Shown: piece by piece, positions 58,651 through 64,000 of the stretch
Numbering within the stretch: position 1 is the first letter of the stretch
How the letters are laid out: each line of letters opens with the position of its first letter
Origin: Histomonas meleagridis 2922-C6/04-290x
Lineage: Eukaryota; Protista; Parabasalia
Reading direction: 5' to 3'
DNA length: 64,000 nt
Assembly: GCA_020184695.1 (NCBI GenBank)
Contig: JAANOX010000228.1
Coordinates: 93,443 to 157,442, forward strand
The notes under the pieces: model-generated
What the model was told of the DNA's origin: nothing
Seen by the model: the letters and a program-made list of their open reading frames with translations, nothing else
The model's database searches: none
Translations under genes and position numbers: made by a program

Positions 58651-59478
58651 ATGTATAAAAATGAACGTCAAATGAGCACTAGTGTATCACAGTTACCTGT
58701 AGAAGAAATATATACAAATTTTGATATACAAGAAAATGAACAAAATATTGATAAATTAGATAAAGGTAAAGGTTATACTTTTCGTTTTCCACAACGTTGG
58801 ATTGAGTGTCCAAGTCAAAATAAAGTTATCAGTTTAAGACGTTTAAAAATAACACCTACAAGTCATACTATTATGTTAAAAATTTGGGCTAAAGGTCCGA
58901 GTCAATCAAGCGGTCTTACACGTAATGTTACTTTATATATTCAATCAAATAATACATTACGTGAAATATTATTTGATATGTGTAATCAATTTAATGAACA
59001 GGCGACAAATTATATATTATTATTCGATTTAGATGAAAACAATACATTAAGGTTATTTTGTAAATATAAATCTGATACACAAACAATAAATCAATGCAAT
59101 TTTTGTTTTCAAGATGTCAAAAGCACTTCTAATGAAAATCTAACAAATTTCTTAAAGTTTTTGAATCAAGATACTTCACAAACAAATATTAATAAATTAA
59201 AAAACCAATCTAATACAAGCTTACAATTTGATAATGTGTGGGACCGAGAATATATTGAATTTAATGCTTCATTTAGTGATAATAAACGCAGATTTATCGG
59301 TCTAAATAATGATTTTTATGATAAACCTACTGTATTATTTAATCCTCCAACAGACGGTAATACTTTTAATATAACATTTTCAAACAGTAATAAAAAATTT
59401 ATATATCCAAGATATTGTAAATTTATTATACAATTAGTATTTATATATAATTATCGAAATGCAGTTACATTGAAATAA
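58651..59478 (+). CDS. conserved-looking element ORF, possibly penton/minor capsid
   Basis: Intact 275-aa beta-strand-rich ORF, divergent from the fibre gene. The fold call is inference only. Confidence 0.35.
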   Translation: MYKNERQMSTSVSQLPVEEIYTNFDIQENEQNIDKLDKGKGYTFRFPQRWIECPSQNKVISLRRLKITPTSHTIMLKIWAKGPSQSSGLTRNVTLYIQSNNTLREILFDMCNQFNEQATNYILLFDLDENNTLRLFCKYKSDTQTINQCNFCFQDVKSTSNENLTNFLKFLNQDTSQTNINKLKNQSNTSLQFDNVWDREYIEFNASFSDNKRRFIGLNNDFYDKPTVLFNPPTDGNTFNITFSNSNKKFIYPRYCKFIIQLVFIYNYRNAVTLK

Positions 59479-59536
59479 CCCCGTAGGCTTAGACTTTTTC
59501 AAAAAAGTATAATTTGTTAATATCGTTATCTTAAAG

Positions 59537-59930
59537 TTATATATTTTTAAAGTATTGCTTTTCAATATTACTCATTATTTGAGGAGTATTTACGCGTAAA
59601 TAACTTATTGGAATGATATCTTTATAAGGTTTATCTCCCGGTACTTTAAATAATACAGTATATTTATTTTTATTCTTATCATAATTAAGTATTTTAATAA
59701 TTTCACCGTTCCGTTTATTAGGTATTGTATTTGCAAATATAGGTTTATGATGATAATTATCTACAATAATTAATTGATATCTGGGTTTGGTTATAACAGT
59801 CCCGTCTTTAGCAATTAATGTATACATATTACCTTTGCGGTCATCAATTTTATACATTTCTCAGCTAATTTGATAACGTTTTTTATGAATACCGTCATGT
59901 CTAGGTAATATATATCTTCCGACATAAATT
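59537..59930 (-). pseudogene. C-terminal part of a Polinton-type retroviral-like integrase
   Basis: RYILPR..KKRYQIS*EMYKIDDRKGNMYTLIAKDG..RYQL (SH3-like), then a chromodomain-like IIKILNYD..KYTVLF. The catalytic core is absent and is replaced by CRESS DNA. Confidence 0.55.
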
Positions 59931-60216
59931 AATAATAATAGAAGATATGGGAACAAACAACTCAAAGATATTGGTGGCTCATCTTAAGGTCTGGGCTGAT
60001 AGGTACTGGTTTGCTGGAGAAATTAAAGGAGGTGCAATCAAGATTAATCCATGTAAATGGTTCCTAATTATAACGAGCAACCATAATATCGAAGAGTCTC
60101 CCGATAACAAAGAAGATATCAATGCAATAAAAAGAAAATTCAAAGAAATAAAAATCGATGGGACTAATGACATATTCCTACAAAGCCAACTAGATAAGAA
60201 CATTTTGACTCAATGA
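59931..60216 (+). pseudogene. rep: CRESS Rep SF3 helicase C-terminal fragment
   Basis: Walker B IIIED, WADRYWFAGEIKGG, motif C IITSN and Arg-finger region AIKRKF. Confidence 0.85.
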
Positions 60217-60299
60217 AAAGCCTTATAAAATTATTTTTTAGGTACCAGTCACTTTTTGAGATTCCACTTTTTCTATATGTATTCAATTGGTCCAAAAAT

Positions 60300-60381
60300 A
60301 TATTTCCACACCAGGGTAATAAGATCTTGTCTGGAGGTACCAACTCACGTCCTCCGCAAGATGAATTAGGTGTGGAAATAT
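60300..60381. promoter_or_regulatory. three-tier hairpin A, candidate rolling-circle origin
   Basis: ATATTTCCACACC/GGTGTGGAAATAT, ATCTTG/CAAGAT and GGAGG/CCTCC stems. TATTAC lies on the minus strand at 60321-60316. Confidence 0.6.
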
Positions 60382-60762
60382 TTATATTTATTTTTAAACG
60401 TACTCGAATAACGGTCGAAATTGAATTAAAAATATTTAAACCTAACCCCCACCCCTAGTACACTTTATACTGATCACTCTGGTCTCACGCCCCTTATATA
60501 AAAAAGGGCTCCGCGAGGTCGGGCTACGGCCAGCTCGTGATAAATGCACTCATTCGCCATTAGGGCTTCTTTTGGGGGAGGGGGTACCTTGGTTTAAAGA
60601 AAAAGAAAAAAAGAAAAAAGTTCTCAATTGCCCATAGAGTGAACAAACTTTGTTATTATCACTTATGTGCTGAGTCGAAAAGAAAAAAATAAAATTAACC
60701 AGAAAAACCGATAGATAAAAAGAAAATATCTTAAAATCAATTGAATGGTTTACATTTTACAA

Positions 60763-61395
60763 TTAAAAATTAAATGAATAATTAGAATTAGGAACAATTA
60801 AAACACTGGGTGCAGATACTTCAAAATTGGTTTCACGAATATAAAATACAAGAGAATTATTAGATGTAAAAAAACCAACTGTACGATTATTAACTGATGG
60901 ATAAGTAGTACCAAAATCATATAAATAATAATAATAAGTACCTGAACTAGAAATAGATGATTGATGTAAATAATTGACATATATCTCAGTATATTCAGAA
61001 TTGGGTTGATTAGGTTCAATTTGAATAATAACATAATAATGTGTTGGATCTATTGTCTGATTTAAATTAGTGATATAAGTAAATTGTGATAATGGAATAA
61101 AACCAGGAATATCTGAAATAGATATAAAAGATATTGGTATAATAACCTTAATAGTAGATCCAATTTCATAAGCAATTCTTTTAGTACTAGAACCACCAGG
61201 ATAATTAACAATGGTATCTTGAATAGTATAATTAGGAATCCTACCATTATTCTTAAGAACTTCATAAGCACGATCTAGATCATATTTAGTAAGAGGTGGA
61301 TTAATAGGAGGTACCAACTTACGTTGTATAACACGTCCCTTATTGCGTGAATAATATGATTCACTAATAGGTCCTATACGATGTGGATCAAACAT
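60763..61395 (-). CDS. CRESS virus accessory ORF (210 aa), co-oriented with cap
   Basis: Intact ORF, repeated in part at 63529-63987. Confidence 0.75.
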   Translation of the reverse strand: MFDPHRIGPISESYYSRNKGRVIQRKLVPPINPPLTKYDLDRAYEVLKNNGRIPNYTIQDTIVNYPGGSSTKRIAYEIGSTIKVIIPISFISISDIPGFIPLSQFTYITNLNQTIDPTHYYVIIQIEPNQPNSEYTEIYVNYLHQSSISSSGTYYYYLYDFGTTYPSVNNRTVGFFTSNNSLVFYIRETNFEVSAPSVLIVPNSNYSFNF

Positions 61396-61421
61396 AAAAA
61401 TAACAGTGGGAAAATTTTTTA

Positions 61422-61934
61422 TTAATAAGTAATAGCATAATTTAATTGAACCCCTAAGAACTTATCGGTGATTTCAGTACCAGGAATGGATACTTTTAAA
61501 CATAAAACAATACAATCACCTGAATTCAAATTACGTGCTAACCTAGTACGAAATACTTGAGTCTGTTGAGCATTAGGGGTAAGGTACCCTGACATTATAA
61601 CATTTTGATTAGGTTCATATAATGAAACTGGTGCAGCAGGGGTACCAAGTGACATTGTTTGAGGAACCGTACCATCTGGAACATATACTAGAGCCCATAA
61701 TAATGGAATATCAACATCTGTAATCATTTTTAAAGTAAAATTCTTTACTTTACGCATACCTTGGGTAGCGACGGCAGTGATAAGAGTGGTATTTACTTGA
61801 TCACCTACGGCACCGTCACCGGAGCCTGTATTAAATGTAATGTTTCCGGAACAATTATAAGTCTCATTAGAATACTTTACAGTCTTTAATGGACGTCCAC
61901 GTGAATAACTACGTCTACGTAATCTACGAGGCAT
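61422..61934 (-). CDS. cap: kirkovirus-type putative capsid protein
   Basis: Arg-rich N-terminus MPRRLRRRSYSRGR, then KYSNET, QGMRKVKNFTL, WALVYVPDG, SLYEPNQNVIMSG and RLARNLNSGD. Confidence 0.8.
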   Translation of the reverse strand: MPRRLRRRSYSRGRPLKTVKYSNETYNCSGNITFNTGSGDGAVGDQVNTTLITAVATQGMRKVKNFTLKMITDVDIPLLWALVYVPDGTVPQTMSLGTPAAPVSLYEPNQNVIMSGYLTPNAQQTQVFRTRLARNLNSGDCIVLCLKVSIPGTEITDKFLGVQLNYAITY

Positions 61935-61947
61935 AACAATAAAAAAT

Positions 61948-62307
61948 TTAATGTTGTGGGAGATTTATTAATTGAGGGTGAATTAAATAGGAAGGAACAT
62001 CCTTACGGCGACGATCATAACGGATGGCACCTATTGAGATGATTGGGAGAACAATAACCCAATTCTCAACCAACTGAGGATTCTCCTTAATAAAGCCCTT
62101 AAGTAGGCCAACATTACTGAAATATATGGATTTAACTTGTCCTTCGGAGTCTGGCATAAGACATGGAGCAGGGGGAGTAAATACTGGAGGAGGTATTGGA
62201 TACGGTTTTTCATCGTCTTCCGAATGTAAGGATTCAGGATAAACATTATTAAAATCAAAATCATTGTCACTGAAGTTAAAATTATCAAAGGATTCTTCAT
62301 ATTCCAT
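61948..62307 (-). CDS. CRESS virus acidic/Pro-rich accessory ORF
   Basis: Starts MEYEESFDNF (ATG 62307) and lies directly upstream of cap. Confidence 0.6.
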   Translation of the reverse strand: MEYEESFDNFNFSDNDFDFNNVYPESLHSEDDEKPYPIPPPVFTPPAPCLMPDSEGQVKSIYFSNVGLLKGFIKENPQLVENWVIVLPIISIGAIRYDRRRKDVPSYLIHPQLINLPQH

Positions 62308-62437
62308 TTGTTGAAAAATAAAAAAAAATAAAAATGATATTCCCACATTAGTGTCAAGTAGGAACTTGCTTATTCCTTATTTATTATAAAATTTATTATT
62401 TACTAATATCAATTGAATACTTTATTTAGAAAAGTGA

Positions 62438-62511
62438 TGGCATAAATAAAATCTAAAAAGAATGCCAAATTTAATTGAAAAAATGCCAAAATCTGAGAAA
62501 TAAATGCCAAA
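62438..62511. promoter_or_regulatory. ATGCCAAA iterons phased at 21 bp, plus one inverted ATGCCA
   Basis: Direct copies start at 62462, 62483 and 62504. TGGCAT lies at 62438-43, just upstream of the Rep ATG. Confidence 0.6.
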
Positions 62512-62532
62512 AAATTAATTTCACTTTATATA

Positions 62533-63057
62533 ATGGGAGCAAAGAGATGTATTAAAAAGAATAATGTTAGAATTAATGTCGATGGTGATAGGAGTATAAG
62601 TCAGATTAATCCGAGAGCTTGCAGATGGGTTGGAACCCTTAATAATCCTCCAGAAGATTGGCAAAGTCGTGTTGAAAAACGTATCAGAATAACTCAATAT
62701 CAAATACCTTATCGCAGAAAAGTAGTTTGCCCCTTCTACAGGCACTCCTCATATACAATTTTATTTTATATTATCTTCAAAACTACATAAAAAAATACAA
62801 TAAATAGGAAATTACAGGGCTGTTTCATGGATATTGCTAGAGGATCTGAGGTTTCAAACTACAAATATTGTACCAAAACTGGTGTCGAAATATTAGAAAT
62901 AGGTAGTCCAATTGGAGCGATTGAGAATGAACGAAATAAGATTGAAAAAACAAGAGAGATGCTAAATGATGTTATAACAATGCCTTGGATTGAGTTCACG
63001 GTTTACGATCAAAATGAATTCAAAAGTGAAAATAAAGTATTCAATTCCGAACGATAG
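62533..63057 (+). pseudogene. rep: CRESS Rep HUH endonuclease domain, frameshifted, helicase deleted
   Basis: Motif I RWVGTLNNP, motif II TPHIQ and motif III YKYCTK lie across shifted frames. Confidence 0.88.
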
Positions 63058-63084
63058 ACAAATTTTAATGGTCAAAAAAAAATA

Positions 63085-63155
63085 TTTTTTCTCGGTAATA
63101 TAATCTTGACTGAGGTACCACTAACGTCCTCCGCAAGATAGGGACCGAGAAAAAA
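63085..63155. promoter_or_regulatory. three-tier hairpin B (covarying homologue of hairpin A)
   Basis: TTTTTTCTCGGT/ACCGAGAAAAAA, ATCTTG/CAAGAT and GAGG/CCTC stems. TATTAC lies on the minus strand at 63100-63095. Confidence 0.65.
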
Positions 63156-63528
63156 ATTTTTATTTTTAAACGTCCTCAGATAACGGTCGTAATTGAATTA
63201 AGAAAAAGCGCCTAACCCCCACCCCTATTGCACTTTATCTACTTCTCTGGTCTCCGCCCTTATATAAAAAAGGGCTCCGCGAGGTCGGGCTACGGCCAGC
63301 TCGTGATAAATGCACTCATTCGCCATTAGGGCTTCTTTTGGGGGAGGGGGTACCTTGGTTTAAAGAAAAAGAAAAAAAGAAAAAAGTTCTCAATTGCCCA
63401 TAGAGTGAACAAACTTTGTTATTATCACTTATGTGCTGAGTCGAAAAGAAAAAAATAAAATTAATCAGAAAAACCGATAGATAAAAAGAAAATATCTTAA
63501 AATCAATTGAATGGTTTACATTTTACAA

Positions 63529-63987
63529 TTAAAAATTAAATGAATAATTAGAATTAGGAACAATTAAAACACTGGGTGCAGATACTTCAAAATTGGTTTC
63601 ACGAATATAAAATACAAGAGAATTATTAGATGTAAAAAAACCAACTGTACGATTATTAACTGATGGATAAGTAGTACCAAAATCATATAAATAATAATAA
63701 TAAGTACCTGAACTAGAAATAGATGATTGATGTAAATAATTGACATATATCTCAGTATATTCAGAATTGGGTTGATTAGGTTCAATTTGAATAATAACAT
63801 AATAATGTGTTGGATCTATTGTCTGATTTAAATTAGTGATATAAGTAAATTGTGATAATGAAATAAAACCAGGAATATCTGAAATAGATATAAAAGATAT
63901 TGGTATAATAACCTTAATAGTAGATCCAATTTCATAAGCAATTCTTTTAGTACTAGAACCACCAGGATAATTAACAATGGTATCTTG
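63529..63987 (-). pseudogene. second, 5'-truncated copy of the 210-aa viral ORF
   Basis: Identical to 60763-61222 apart from one Pro/Ser change, and cut at 63988 by (AC)n. Confidence 0.85.
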
Positions 63988-64000
63988 ACACACACACACA
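63988..64000 (+). repeat. (AC)n run, probable terminus of a second Polinton-like element
   Basis: Viral homology stops abruptly, and the 13 nt equal the first 13 nt of the 51310 terminus. Confidence 0.45.

Larger units (their letters stand above)
51310..59930. mobile_element. Polinton/Maverick-like virus remnant (left part), (AC)n terminus
   Basis: Abrupt (AC)6 start inside the mariner ORF, followed by an iteron array, SF3 helicase, HNH, fibre-like gene, putative structural ORF and integrase C-terminus. Confidence 0.7.
59931..63987. mobile_element. endogenous kirkovirus-like CRESS DNA virus, ~1.5 tandem units (period 2766 bp)
   Basis: Contains Rep fragments, a capsid-like ORF and two accessory ORFs. 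60495-61222 repeats at 63260-63987 with only 2 substitutions seen. Confidence 0.88.

Noticed and set aside
60313-60368. Self-cleaving ribozyme (hammerhead or HDV-like) in the viral hairpin
   Set aside because: There is no CUGANGA/GAAA core, and no room for the HDV P2 helix or a 7-8-nt L3.

Overview
AT-rich, almost intron-free eukaryotic DNA that reads as a parabasalid (trichomonad-type) genome. The evidence is BspA-like LRR genes, ankyrin arrays, a 25-nt GTATGT..CTAAC..AG intron and a U2 snRNA gene. Bases 1-50 kb hold housekeeping genes: MOB1, GT61, RasGAP, Ras, two DHHC-family PATs, Atg12-like, BTB, RasGAP-VPS9, MBF1, DNA Pol alpha, RPL5, GNAT and SAPS. They also hold three mosaic BspA-like surface-protein paralogues, a MITE, and four ankyrin loci whose repeats are each interrupted at the same position by a conserved AT-rich, non-GT-AG spacer. 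Bases 50-64 kb are a nested stack of mobile elements. A DD34D mariner sits in an ankyrin spacer. An (AC)n-terminated Polinton-like virus remnant sits in the mariner, carrying an iteron origin, SF3 helicase, HNH, a phage-like HxH fibre gene, a possible penton and an integrase C-terminus. A tandem, kirkovirus-like CRESS ssDNA virus insertion (2766-bp period) abuts the broken integrase. A second (AC)n terminus starts at the window edge. All family calls come from motif recognition by eye and no database searches were run. Several single-base frameshifts may be assembly errors.
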